Positions 12,706 to 25,845 are shown, counted from the first letter of the stretch. The stretch: 64,000 nt of DNA from Eledone cirrhosa (GCA_964016885.1 OZ024742.1:49104001-49168000); one strand, 5' to 3'. The notes: generated by a model from the sequence alone, not told the origin. Numbers and translations: made by a program.

Positions 12706-13418
12706 TATATGTATATATATATGTGTGTGCGTTAGTATGTATATACAATATGCGCTCTAATACATGTTTTATTTTCCTCTTTCACTCATCTATTGAATCG
12801 TGCAAGTTGTGAAATTGACCGGTTTACGCACATGGTTGGTCAAAATATCTTGAATTCGAATTCTAAGCAGCGCGCTAACTCTATATCGCTGTATAATCGC
12901 CTGTTGGCATTTCATGTCCGGAGATGTTTTAGGCACTACCTTTGCTAATGTCGCACTATTTCTCACCATAGTACTTGGTAAATAGAGCCAAATGCTGACA
13001 TTCTATAATACAGCGACTGGAGACTGATTTTCTCTAATAACCGATTTTTGACTCGCTTGTTAAGTTGTGTTTGATATACGTAGGTTAAATGCTTAAGGCG
13101 GGAGCGGAACTATTTGAATTTCATTTCCTACCGTCACGTAAGTTTCTGAACCAGGAGCCAAACGGTTGACAACATTGTGATGAGGCCTAGGGATTTCAGT
13201 TGCTAATGTTTTACTCCGTTGACCGTCACATTCACTGTCATAGCTGACACGGACTGGAAATCGAATTCAGTTAATCGATTGGTTATTTATTAGGTGAAAT
13301 TTACTGGTGAAACCACATGTGCATTGTTGCATAATAAATGCAGACGATGGATGCTGTGCACTCTATTGCTGCATTAAGTGTAGCCGAATCTCAATTACGG
13401 GTATATATATATATATGT

Positions 13419-13946
13419 ATATTGTTATGCTTTGGGAGGGTCATGTTTCCAATAAGAAACACACTCTCCAGTTGCTTTCACTTCAATTTATTATAAATTA
13501 AATTTATAAATTTAGGAATTTATAAAGTTCTTTCGTCACACATTATGTGACCTCTTCAGTGACTGTGGATTCTTTTCTTTGTGTTTGTGCCTCTCCATTG
13601 TTCTGTCCTACGCCATCTTGTTTTTGTGTGTGTTGTGTGCTTAGTTTGCGCATGTGTTACATCCGGGTGTCTGTGTGTATTTATATTTGTTTATTTATTT
13701 GTTTATTTACATGTTACTGGTTGGTTGTTTGTTCTATGTGTGTGTGTTTTCATTTTGTCCTTAATTGTAAGTTGTGATGTTGCTAGTCCATTCATGTTTT
13801 CTATTTAATTTTGGTTGGAGTTCATTTATGTTTATTACCTCTGTGATTTGTCTAGACAAATCGCATCACCCTCCCAAAGCATAACACTATCGGTTTCAAC
13901 ACACGTTTTCAGATAAAGAATCTTGTAAACAAATTCAGAAACGAAA
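13419..13946 (-). mobile_element. Non-coding HHR-bearing fold-back element (family B)
   Basis: Inverted ends GTTATGCTTTGGGAGGGT / ACCCTCCCAAAGCATAAC; homologous to 25362-25853; HHR core on minus at 13525-13564 (CTGAAGA G GTCACA..TGTGAC GAAAGAACTT); TA flanks. Confidence 0.75.
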
Positions 13947-14084
13947 TATATATATATATACATGTATGTGTGTGTCTGTCTGTGCGCCTGTCTGCGTGTG
14001 TGTGTATAAACAGGTAAAACATTTAAGTATCATAAATGTAGCATACAACTTTTAAAGAGATTCAAATTTCAATATTTCCTGGTG

Positions 14085-15240
14085 TTATAAATAATGGGAT
14101 TGATGAGTTAATATCTGTATACAACAACTACAACGGTACGCGATGGGGCCCACCCACAGCGCCGGCGGACAGAATGGAGAAGGCATTTCCCCGGAGGACG
14201 GCAAGGGAGACGCGCTGGAAAAGCCACTCCAATTCGCGGGGCTCACACCTGCGGCTGGCCAGCTCAGCGGCTATGGTGGTGAGTAAGGAGGTAGCCCTGG
14301 GGCTGATGACTGGGTCAGTCGCAGACTGCATCAGGTTGCGGCTGCAGAAAGTTCGGTGCAATTGGCATCCCAGACGAGGGGTTTGCCACCGCGGAACGGG
14401 AAGATGGTCATGCCATCTGGTCTTTTGCTGTCTCCTCGATCCAGCCCCACCGGCTCGAGCTGGGAAGGGAAGCCTGCAGCGTCCAAGCCATGCTTAATGA
14501 CCTCGTTGAGGGCAGCATGGCGTGGAATGCGGCCGGCACTGTGACGACAGGAAAGCGGGTGGAGGCCGATAGAGTCCACGGTGGAACCGCAGCGACATTG
14601 GTGTGCCTGGCAGATCCGGAAGCCGAGGCTCGGGGAAACGTCGATGCGCAGAGAAGGAGGGCAGGGCATAGAGCCAGGCACCACTGTGGGGTTTGGAGCC
14701 CGCACGAAAACAAGCAAGGCGGTGCTGGTCGAACTGGCGCGTGAGCCTGTCTGAGGCCAGGCTGCACTGAATGGCATCGCACGTGCGTTGAGGGGACCTG
14801 ACGTCAACAGTAGGAGAAGGAGGAGGGACGTCCACTTGGCTAAGTCCCAGCCGGTCCCACGTCTCACAGGCGGCCTCAAGTTCTCTGAACACAGAGGGTT
14901 CTGTTGTGTTTTGAAGAACCCTGCTGACTAGGAGGTGGCACGAGGTTACCGACGAAAGATACGCCGACAAAGCTAGTGAGATCGGTGACCGGAAGCCAAG
15001 GCCGCCATACCTGACAGGTAAAGTGGCCTGTTGCCACCCTATGTCGTCAAACTTGACATTGTATATCTCCTCGGCTGCTGCTCGGATACAAGTATCGAGA
15101 GGTCAGCGAGGAAAGATGTCTGGGTGTAGCACGGAGCGCTGCGGAGTGTATACAGGAGTTTCGGCATGGCGAAGCAGTTCCTCAGCAGAAAGAGAGCTGG
15201 GTGGCCGTCAATCAAGCCCATATATTTGTGCATTTTACGT
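14085..15240 (-). mobile_element. CRE-clade RLE non-LTR retrotransposon, 3' fragment
   Basis: CRCG..DSIGLHPLSC...RHAALN, KRPDG..WDA, LFQRVSLAVLRGNA; frameshifted, GC-rich island. Confidence 0.8.
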
Positions 15241-16265
15241 TTTATAAAAATATCATACATCGGATTTCGTACTCTGCAAGATTAGTCATATTTTCATACA
15301 GTTTTATGTTCGTAATACTGCGATATCGTTTCGTCTCTTTACTTTCGTTTTACACATTTTATTTCATTAATTAAATCACTTTCAAAATTAGTTTGATATG
15401 GACGTTTAGGTTTGTTTTTAATTATTCATTTTTTTTTCTTTTCATAATTTTCCTGAACTTCTGAAATATAGCATCATGTTTTAAATATTTATCTCTAATT
15501 AAAATATTCTGAATTAAGTAGCAAGGAACAGAACATATGTTTTATTAATTGCTAGTGTAATTTGCTACGGATATTTATAAACCAAGTATTGCCTGTTTTC
15601 TTTTTATGTCTTTGTGTGTATGTGCGTGTAAGTATGAATGAGTGTGGGTGTGCCTATGTGGGGGTGTATGTGTATGTGTCTGTGTATATGTGTGTATATG
15701 TGTACATCAAGAGTTAGATAAAAAAAAACAAGTTCAGAACTGAAGTCGATGCTTCCTCTAATAACTCTTACTCATTTCCCCCTCCTTACACTCACATACT
15801 CTCTTCTCTGGTAGAAATGTTCAGACCTGAAGAGGGGTAGGCTCTTCCAGTTCTAAAATCCCCTAGACACGCTATACGATTCAACAAGAGTGACGGGTAT
15901 AAATATATGTGTGCATATGTGTGAGCGGTTACTCTATTTTCTACTTATCATTTTCTCCGTCATCACCAATACTATATTCATCTCACACCCTCACACAAAT
16001 TCACTCTCTCTCTCTCTATCTGACGTTATAACGATTCTGCCAAATTCTCCGCCTAATATTTCACTCTCTTATTTTACCTCTCAAGCTTCTATTTCTCTCT
16101 CTACCTCGCTTTCTACTTTAGTTATGGAACATACTACACGATGAGCCCACACACCAAGTTTCCCCAAGTTAATTGATGAAGAAAAGAAAGAAATATATCC
16201 AGAATTATGTATACATCCCTCCCCCATATATATATATTTGTATATATATATATATATATATATGT

Positions 16266-16320
<55 letters not shown>

Positions 16321-16415
16321 TGAGTGAGTGTGTGAACTTTTAAATGGGTGTGCGTGTATATGTATGCGTATATATTATATATTATACACACACACAAACA
16401 CACTCACACACACAC

Positions 16416-16479
<64 letters not shown>

Positions 16480-17521
16480 AACGTTAGTGCAATACCCCCC
16501 GAGAGAACATATCCCCATCAACAAAACTATTATTTTTTATAATTATTTTTGTTGAAATTGATATGTCAAGCTTGTTGCCAAGAATAAGAAGGAAAACCAC
16601 TTGCAGGGAAAATATATGATTATTATATTTTGTTTAGATTTGGTTTTCAATTGTCGTTGCTTTGTGGTTTGTTTATTTATTTTTTATAATCATTGTAATG
16701 GTTTGGAAAAATAAGTGCTGCGCCCGTCAATATTGCAGAAGCTGATGTTATGAATGGACAAATAATCCCAAATCTAGGGTTTGCTACTGTAAACAACATT
16801 ACATCAGGTACAGGATTATTCCGAAACCGAACCTTGTCTTAAAATTTGGCTGCTAGTTCTAGCAGGTTGATGGACACTTCAGAGTTTAGGTTTGTGTGTA
16901 AGCATAGAGAGATGAGGAGGGCGAGAGAGCTGGAGGCGATGACAGTGGGAGTTCGGCTCTTCCACGTTAAAATAATATCCTTGTGGTTGTGTTCATTATC
17001 TATAGAGTTTATTCTATATATGCTTTAATCTCTTTAAATCTTCAACATTCCTTCACTCCCACACTCATTAATAATCCCCCTTTCCTGACACAGCATATGT
17101 ATGATAGACTCGTATTTTTTTATGGAGAGGTAGGGGTGTCGCAGTGACATAGGACGTTCCTTGTCCATTTGAAACCTGGTTGAGCCCATTCCGTCTCCAG
17201 CTCTGTACACAGGCGATTTCTTCAAAATTAAAGAGAGACTGTGCGTGAGGAATGGGTATGGAGGAGAAATTGACCCCGGGACTAACCTGATACATCGATC
17301 TCGAAATGAGAAACGCCACTTGTGTTTGATCTCGTCAGGTTTTGAATGAGTGGTTAACGAAAGGTTAACGTATATAAGTCAGCACAAACGGTCTAATCCA
17401 TAAAGTAGTGCTGGATTACACGTCAATGATTGACAGTTCGTGACTGGTGAGCTTCACTATTGTACATAAGACTGATATAATATGCACTCAGTGACCAAGT
17501 CCACTTTACGTAAATACATAC

Positions 17522-17704
17522 CACGGAGTGATATAGTAAATTATTGCAGACAGTATCAGAAAAACAATAGCTCGTAGTTTTCTTGCGTTAAAGTCAATTG
17601 TTTTCCAAGGAAATTTACTCCCAATAGAGCCTGCATCATTATCTCTCATCAGATTAAAACTAAAACAGCTATGTTGAAATCCACTGCCACAAATCTCTGT
17701 ATTC
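17522..17704 (-). CDS. Candidate host coding exon with a transmembrane segment
   Basis: tttaAG acceptor, GTATGT donor, 183 nt open, symmetric phase 2; ...MRDNDAGSIGSKFPWKTIDFNARKLRAIVFLILSAIIYYITP; no homolog recognised. Confidence 0.3.
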
Positions 17705-18309
17705 CTTAAAGGATTACTCAAAATTTAGGACAAAAGCGTTGAGGCTTAAGAATTAAATAGTTGGACTTCTCTACCGATAGATGAGTCGCATACACGCAAC
17801 CCGATATATATATATATAAGTACATATATGTGTGTGTGTGTGTCATATATATATATATATATATGTGTGCGTGTATATATATATATATATATATAGAGGA
17901 GGGGGTAAATCTAAGACCGCCAACAATTGCCATGACTTGGACATAGATATAACTAGAACAAGCCAAAGCTATCCAAAAACTGAAGCAAACGTAATCCATA
18001 AACCTATATTCGACCTCACTCACCAGGCACATATATGCATGTGTGTAAAGAGAGGAAATGAGTTGGAGATATAGATACCTAGAGAGAGGGAGAGGAAGAG
18101 GAAGGGGGAGAGGGATGTGAGAGTAGTAGAATGTGATTTAATATCTATACAAAAGATTATCTTCCTTTGACTTCGTAGAAGTTGAATACAACCCATTTAT
18201 GTCAAAATTGCAATACTTTCATTGCCAGGGCTACACACGCTCATTCCTGGCGGCTTAAGACAGGAAGTCATGGATTCTAGCATGAGAGAGAGAGAGAGAG
18301 AGAGAGAGT

Positions 18310-18412
<103 letters not shown>

Positions 18413-19086
18413 GACCAGTTCATGCTACACTTTTGCGAATTTTTATATTTTTCCAATATTTATAAATTTCTGTTTATTTTTGTTGTTTTGTTTTTACTTT
18501 TTGTAATTCCTTGGTTTCTAAGAAATTGTTTCATTTGTAATTCTGTGGTTTCTAAGAATTTATTATATGCTTCTTAGGAGGAGGAGGAGGAGGAGGACGA
18601 GGAGGAGAAGAAGAAGAAGAAGAAGAAGCACTATGCATCTAGTTCAAGAGAGAGACTCCTCTAATACTAGTTGCCATAGAACAGTAGTTTCCAAAGTAAT
18701 CTTGGTGTGGAAACCGACCATTTTCTACAATATTATGGACCTTATACTTATATTCTAGGGACACTTAGTACAATACAGATTTATTTTATAAATAAATATT
18801 AACATATCCGGAAAAAAGACAACCTTAACGGTTGAAATTCGCTGGATATTGGAGATAATATTTTATTGAGGGTGAATATCTACTCCACTAAACTATTGAG
18901 TGCTTTATATCAGTTATGAAATATTTAAGCTTGTTGAATCCAAACAAATTAAATATAATCTCTGCATATATATTTTCCTTATCGAGCCCTCTCTGGATTT
19001 TAGTCTTCAATTTTATTATTATTACTATATATATATATATATATAAGCGAGTATTGATGTTTGCTTGAAGCATTGTGGAATAATAA

Positions 19087-19801
19087 GATATATTTTCTTT
19101 GGTTCGTTTTGGAAGACTAAACAATGTAGATGGGTAATTCTCCGGATAACAAGATCCGGTGGTGAAGAGAGCGATGTAAGTGAATGTAGAATGAGATGTA
19201 TAGTGTGTAGAAGAACGTAGGAAAAAGTGTAAAAAAAAATAACACGAGATTGAGTTACCGTGGGAGAGATTTAATTGTCCCTATATATTTCGGATTCACA
19301 TCCATTAACTGGAGTTTTTTCCGGGGGGGGGGGGGGGGGGGGCTATCTGTCGGAAAGGTGCAAAACGTGTCCTCCGCTGTTCGTTGTTTTGAATATTTGA
19401 GGTATTCCACAATTAAAAGATCTATTTCGGCCGCCGACCTCTACTAAACCGATCCCATTTAACGCGCGCGCGCGCTCTGCTGAATACCTCAGATGTTCAA
19501 AACAAGGAACAGCGGAGGACACGTTTCGCACCTTTCCGACAGATACCCCCCCCCCCCCCCCCGGGAAAAAACCCCAGTTGATGGATGTGAATCCGAAATA
19601 TATAGGGACAATTAAATCTCCCCCAAGGTAATTTTATCTCGTGTTATTTTTATTTTTTACGCTCTTTCCTACGTTATTCTACACACTATACATCTCATTC
19701 TACATTCACTTACATCTCTCTGTCTTCACCATCGGATCTCGCTTCCCGGAGAATTACCCATCTGCATTGTTGAGGCTTCCAAAACGACCTAAAGAAAATA
19801 T

Positions 19802-19805
<4 letters not shown>
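19087..19805. repeat. Fold-back element with ~320-bp inverted arms
   Basis: 19087-19407 is the reverse complement of 19482-19805, with scattered mismatches; poly-G/poly-C inside; TA flanks. Confidence 0.9.
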
Positions 19806-19899
<94 letters not shown>

Positions 19900-19974
19900 A
19901 AGAAAAAGAGATGAAATCGAAAATGCAACTGGAGTCTTATTTTTTTTTTTTTAATTATATATATTTATTTGGTT

Positions 19975-20012
19975 CCTTTACCGGTTTCGCAGTTCTTCTG
20001 CTTTTCAAAAGG
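19975..20012 (-). ncRNA. Type-I hammerhead ribozyme, U3-A8 core variant
   Basis: CCTT|TTGAAAA|GCAG AAGAA CTGC|GAAAC CG GTA^AAGG; lies between inverted arms 19899-19945 and 20038-20082. Confidence 0.8.
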
Positions 20013-20154
20013 TGATATATATATATATTTTTTTTTAAATAAGACTCCAGTTGCATTTTCGATTTCATCTCTTTTTCTTTATACTTTCACTCGTGTAGGA
20101 CACCTCGGTTATTTTTCATTTTGTAAAAAAAACCTCACTTTCTAATATATATAT

Positions 20155-20262
20155 GTAGGACAGACACTGGTCTGCTGGAGATGCAGGACATGGCAGCGAT
20201 AATGAGGGACATAGACCGCTGGAGAGAACTCGTCCATGGATCTCGGGAATTTTACCCGCCTT
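20155..20262 (+). mobile_element. Extreme 3' fragment of an RTE-like LINE
   Basis: DTGLLEMQDMAAIMRDIDRWRELV resembles the DR..WR C-terminus; inserted in (TA)n. Confidence 0.5.
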
Positions 20263-20263
20263 A

Positions 20264-20294
<31 letters not shown>

Positions 20295-20458
20295 TATTTT
20301 TTTTTTTTTTTAAGTATATGTTGGTTGTTTACCGACACCTCAGTATGCAGATTGGAGCACTCGACGAAGTACGCAGGTTGGTTTGGTTACTCCGGAGTAA
20401 TGTAAAATAAAGTAATTAAGTCAAATATTTAAAATTTGGCTTCGTTTATTAAAGATCT

Positions 20459-20513
20459 ACTGCTATATATATTTCGGTGACAGCCATCATTGGCTGAGAC
20501 CTCTTCAGGCAGT
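20459..20513 (-). ncRNA. Type-I hammerhead ribozyme
   Basis: Inverted twin of 20718-20772. Confidence 0.8.
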
Positions 20514-20717
20514 CCGAATTGGTGTGGTAGAGACAGGTACACGTGTTGATAAAGTGTTTTACTCCGTCAATACTCCGATATGTCCAGCTCCTGGTTGGGT
20601 TGTTATTTCTCTGAGGGACTGGAAATAACAACCCAACCAGGAGCTGGACATATCTGAGTATTGACGGAGTAAAACACTTTATCAACACGTGTACCTGTCT
20701 CTACCACACCAATTCGG

Positions 20718-20772
20718 ACTGCCTGAAGAGGTCTCAGCCAATGAAGGCTGTCACCGAAATATATATAGCAGT
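20718..20772 (+). ncRNA. Type-I hammerhead ribozyme
   Basis: ACTGC|CTGAAGA|GGTCTCAGCC AATGAA GGCTGTCACC|GAAATATATATA^GCAGT; palindromic (AT)n stem III. Confidence 0.85.
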
Positions 20773-20817
20773 ACATCTTTAATAGACGAAGCCAAATTTT
20801 AAATATTTGACTTAATT

Positions 20818-20896
<79 letters not shown>

Positions 20897-21135
20897 CCTT
20901 CTTTGAAACCAACTAAACCTCGACACCTATGTCCCCGCCAAGAAGAGATTCTCTATGTGGCCGCTCGACTTGCAAGAATTAGCAGCATTTCCATTAAAAC
21001 ACTTTCTACCACTTCTATGTTGATATCTAAATCTACATTGATTAAAACACTATTATATACATATCCGAAGAAAGAAAAACCACATAATAACCTTGGGTGG
21101 AATACATTTGATCATAGGTCTACTCCACCATTTGA

Positions 21136-21400
21136 AGGCGTGTGGTCTCGTGATTAAGGTGTTGAACAGATCATGATGTCGAGGGTTCAATTCCTAGACT
21201 GAGAGGTGTGGTGTGTTCCCGAGCAAGACATTTCATTTCACGTTGTTTCATTACACACAGCTGAATAAGCATACCGACAATAGCTGGAAGTTATCCCTGC
21301 AATGGACTGACGTCATGTTTAGAGGGAGTCTTCTACCCTCAGTCGCTTAACGCCAAGGAAAACTGAGATAAGCAGCGACTGATAGACTCAGGTATTGAGA
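21136..21400 (+). mobile_element. Degenerate tRNA-derived SINE with CORE-like body
   Basis: A box GTGGTCTCGTGATT, B box GGGTTCAATTCC, GTGTTCCCGAGCAAGACATTT, CCCTGCAATGGACT. Confidence 0.6.
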
Positions 21401-22533
21401 CAGACTATTGAATTAGTTCCGATCAGGGGTTAAATAAAAAGAACAACAATGAGTTTATAGTGGCTGTCAAGCTGTGAATAATTGGCAATATTTAAAACTC
21501 TAACCTCCTAACTATGCCATTTACTTCATGAAAAATAACATTTTTGTGGAGGAGACTTCATCGCAAGAAATTTTAGTTTACAAATGAAAATCTTATCAAT
21601 TCTCCTACTAGGAATCTTTGCTGACGCCACAGTCATAGTAACATGGTTGAGCTAACGTAAACATGAAACAGTGGTCATGCTAAGATTTTGTCGAAGCAGT
21701 TATTGACGACAGCATATGGAGTTTCGAAGTAAATGGTGCATGTCCCTTCTACGAAGTGTAATATATATACATATATAAAATACATATATATATAACAGAT
21801 GCTCCAGTCGGGTCATACATGCCTAAAGATACCAGACATGGCATCTATGACTGTCATGGTATATAGGAAAACAGTACTGAAGCCATGTACGCGTTCACCA
21901 CTTGTATGCGACCTTTCGGAGATAATTACTTTTTCGCTTATAATAACAACTATTACTGATCATAGAAATGTTGCTGCAATGCCTGCAGTTGTTTTTTCCT
22001 CGAGACAGCAATTTCTGTATGAACATTTCAGACGACAATGGGAAGAAACATTACTTTCATTTTTCGATAGTCAATGCCGCAGTAATCATACACTAGTATG
22101 AAAAGCCAATAATGATAATAATTCTTTCTAATATTGGCACAAGACTAGTAATTTAAAAGGAAGAGTCAAAGTTGATTAAAATAAAGTACCAGTAATTATC
22201 TAGATCCGACTGTTTACATTCTAAGATCATATCCCACAGACGTTGGATTTATGATGAAAGGCAAAGCTGACGTCTGTGAGAGTTGAACTTAGAATGTAGC
22301 GAGTCGGATCTAGATCGGTTAAAGCACTTGGCTTGACGCTCTAATGATTCTGTCAGACCAGCACTCCTCTGACAACAACAGCATCAATAATAGCAACATG
22401 CGTGCTGGTGTCCATGTCTTTCATTAAGGAGGCTCATACGCTTATATACCTGTCACTAGATTATTTGCTGTAGTCATGTTTATAGTCATCATAGAAAGAA
22501 TTACTTTATTGTAAAAAATGCAAATGTATTTTG

Positions 22534-23635
22534 TGGTGAATTATGTAATAGAATTAGGTTGAACCCAAACATATAATAATACATAGAGGATTCGCAAACA
22601 CAAGGCTCTAAAAACCTTCACTAAGTACAAACCACTACCTCCTTTCGGACAACTGACGCTGCACACCGGGTCCGAATACGGAGGAGCCGAACTACTCTCT
22701 CGCCCTACCCATCTCTCTGTATTATGAGCAAATGGCGTCCTACGTGCTGGCCGCCATAAGCATCATTTTTATCATCACTGTCGTGATCATCGTCAAATGT
22801 GGAGAGATTTCACATAATGAAATGTGGAACACCAACAACAATCACAAAAACAACGACAATAACAGTGATCATTGCAACCTCGACTCAACCGGCAATAACA
22901 GCCGCAACAACAGCAACCCCAACAGTAAAAATGACAACACTTAAGACCAACACCAACACCACCGAAAATAAAAAAACACAACAAAAATAATAATAACTAT
23001 AACAACTACAACCTGAACAACAACATCAACAATAATGGTTTCTGTTTTAGGCAAAAGGCCAGCAATTTGAGGGAGGAGAAAGTCAATTAAATCGACCCCA
23101 TTGCGTGACTGTTACTTAATTTTATCGACCCCGGTAGGATGAAAGGCAAAGCTAACCTCGGCGGGATTTGAACTTAATTATGCGGGCTCATATGCTTAAA
23201 TACTCAGAACGTAACTCTATGCCACGAAGCATATTGTCTGACGCTCTACCGACACTGCCAATCCACCGCCCGAACAACAACAATCATAATAATTGTTTCT
23301 GCTTTTGGCACAAGGCCAGCAATTACTCAGTGTATTACTGGTACTTTATTTTTTCTACCCCGTAAAAATGAAAGGTGAAGTTAACCTCGGTGGGATTTGA
23401 ATTCAGAAAGTAAAGGGACATAACTCTATGCTGCAAAGTATGTTGTCTGACGCTCTATCGATACTGCCAATCCACCACCCAACAATCATAATAATAACTT
23501 TTTAAACCGTAACTTCAACACCCGTACCAACAACATCAAGCATAACAATGACGACTATGATGACAACAGCAACGACAATAACAAAAGCGAAAATATTAAG
23601 AACATTATATGCTTTGAAGCATAGAGTTACGTCCC
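22534..23635. repeat. 1.1-kb inverted duplication, arm 1 (arm 2 at 31926-33027)
   Basis: Near-identical ORF translations on opposite strands (MASYVLAAISII..., MERFHIMKCG...). Confidence 0.9.
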
Positions 23636-23760
23636 TTTATGATCTGAGTTCAAATCCCCCCGCGGTTAACTTTGCCTTTCATTCTTACGGGGTCGATAAA
23701 ATAAAGTACCAGTAATGTACTGGGTTATTGCTGGCTTTGTGCCTAAGATAGAAACAATTA
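23033..23760. mobile_element. Cluster of MetaSINE-type SINEs (23033-23270 -, 23290-23478 -, 23617-23760 +)
   Basis: A/B boxes and core motif as at 12527. Confidence 0.8.
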
Positions 23761-24202
23761 TTTACTTATTTGTTTATTTAATTATCGTGGGCGGAAGGTT
23801 GTATTTTCCCTCTTTGTGGGAGATATGACAGGGTGTGTAGAGAGGTGAGACAGAGGTAGGAAAGTTGGGGATCAGGTAGTATTACTGAACTCAACCATTA
23901 CCAATCCCGTGTAAAAGAAAAACCAAAATAACGAAAGAAAACACATATCACAGTTGTTTTTCTCTCTACTTAATCCTTCTTTTCTTTCCCCCATTTCTGA
24001 TTTTCAACCCATCCTCCATCAATTTATTTATTTATTTGTGAAAGGTTTGTCATGGGAAGATGATAAAGTTTCAGAATGAGTGAAACGACAGTGTACAGAC
24101 TATGTAAAAAATGTTGTTTCCCATCATGCCGCTCTACGTTTGTCCCAGTACGCACACAAGGAAACACACACGCACGCAGGCACAACACACACACACACAC
24201 AT

Positions 24203-24258
<56 letters not shown>

Positions 24259-24593
24259 CACACACACATACACGCATACACACACACATAAATATATATA
24301 TATATGTACATATATATATATATACATGTGTGTTTGTGTGTGTGTGTGTGCGTATTATAATGTGCAAGTTCCAGGGCGGTGTCATGGGTAACCACAATTA
24401 AAAGCATTACTCAATACATTGGTAGAATATATAGATGGAATGGCTCTTCTGTGTTCGGTCACACGGCACCTGTCAAGAGTGTATTTTCATATTTACACAT
24501 CTTCCTGTTTATTATACTTATACAAATATATATACACAAAGACTCTTGTCATTGTGTCTATATATGTGTATAAGTATAATGCATCATTATTGT

Positions 24594-24775
24594 GGATTGG
24601 CAGCATCGGTAGAGAGTCGGACGTCATGCTTTGTAGCATAGGGTTACGGCCCTTTATGGTCTGAGTTCAAATCCCGCCGAGGTTAACTTTTCCTTTCATC
24701 CTTACGGGGTCGATAAAATAAAGTACCAGTAATACACTGAAATAATTGCTGGCCTTGTACCAAAAGAAAAAACAC
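24594..24775 (+). mobile_element. MetaSINE-type SINE, full copy
   Basis: TGGCAGCATCGGTAGAG...GAGTTCAAATCCCGCCGAGG...GGGGTCGATAAAATAAAGTACCAG. Confidence 0.85.
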
Positions 24776-24922
24776 TTATATATAGAATCTACTTCTACAG
24801 TACTAGAACTGATTTATTCGAATGAAATCATCAGAAATGTCATTCCTACTGACTCCATACGAATGAAAGTGTTCTAGTACTGAAGACGTAATTTTTCTCT
24901 ATATATTTATATAATATATATA

Positions 24923-25248
24923 CAAGGTGGGGCATAAGTTTGAAAGCTAATTTAGCACCAGAAGGGTCCACCATTGCTCTGAGGCTTATAGCTTATCGAG
25001 AGACCCCACTATTTAGTAGTCTATTTCTTGACCCGGTCGTTAAAAGTAAATAATTCATGGTAAGGAGATAATTATCATGTGGTATTGCGGTCACAGGAGA
25101 GAGGGAAAGCCTGGACGTTAGGCAAGTATCGCATTTGCTAGAAAAAGCAGTCAGCACCCGCATATTTATCTCCACCATTAGGGGATTGGTACAAAAATAG
25201 TGATAAGGTACATACGCAGAATATGTGTTTGTGTGGTGACCCACCTTG
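24923..25248. mobile_element. Possible Tc1/mariner-like MITE
   Basis: TA|CAAGGTGGGGCA ... TGACCCACCTTG (11/12 terminal inverted match); right TA duplication absent. Confidence 0.3.
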
Positions 25249-25322
25249 ATCATTTTTGCTCAATGACCAAAATAATTATATATATACATATATATATTAT
25301 ATGCATACGCGCATACCAACAA

Positions 25323-25361
<39 letters not shown>

Positions 25362-25364
<3 letters not shown>

Positions 25365-25845
25365 CATTTCTGAATTTGTTTAGCAAGATTCTTTATCTGA
25401 AAACGTGTGTTGAAACCGATATTGTTATACTTTGGGAGGGTCATGTTGCCAATAAGAAACACACGCACCAGTTGATTTCACTTCAATTTATTATAATAAA
25501 TTTATAAATTTAGGAATTTATAAATTTCCGGTTGGTTGGTTGGTTCCACAACCAGATGGTTGTTTACATATTATCAAAGTTCTTTCACACACACAGAAAC
25601 AAGATGGCGTAGGACAGAACAAAGGAGAGGTACAAAAACAAAGAAAAGAATCCCAGGTCACTGAAGAGGACACAGAATGTGTAACGAAAGAACTTTGACA
25701 ATATATAAAGAACCATCTGGTTGTGGAACCAACCAACCAACCGGAAATTTATAAATTCCTAAATTCCTAAATTTATTATAATAAATTGAAGTGAAAGCAA
25801 CTGGTGCGTGTGTTTCTTATTGGCAACATGACCCTCCCAAAGTAT

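Larger units (their letters stand above)
20403..20829. repeat. Fold-back element with ~205-bp inverted arms, each carrying a complete HHR
   Basis: 20403-20609 is the reverse complement of 20622-20829; 12-nt spacer. Confidence 0.9.

Noticed and set aside
15820-15890. Hammerhead at CTGAAGAGGGG...CCCC
   Set aside because: GAAA half missing; too degraded to call
16846-17319. Decayed LINE C-terminus
   Set aside because: Only vague resemblance; no diagnostic motif
21799-22101. 100-aa ORF / plus-strand exons
   Set aside because: No recognisable motif and ambiguous frame
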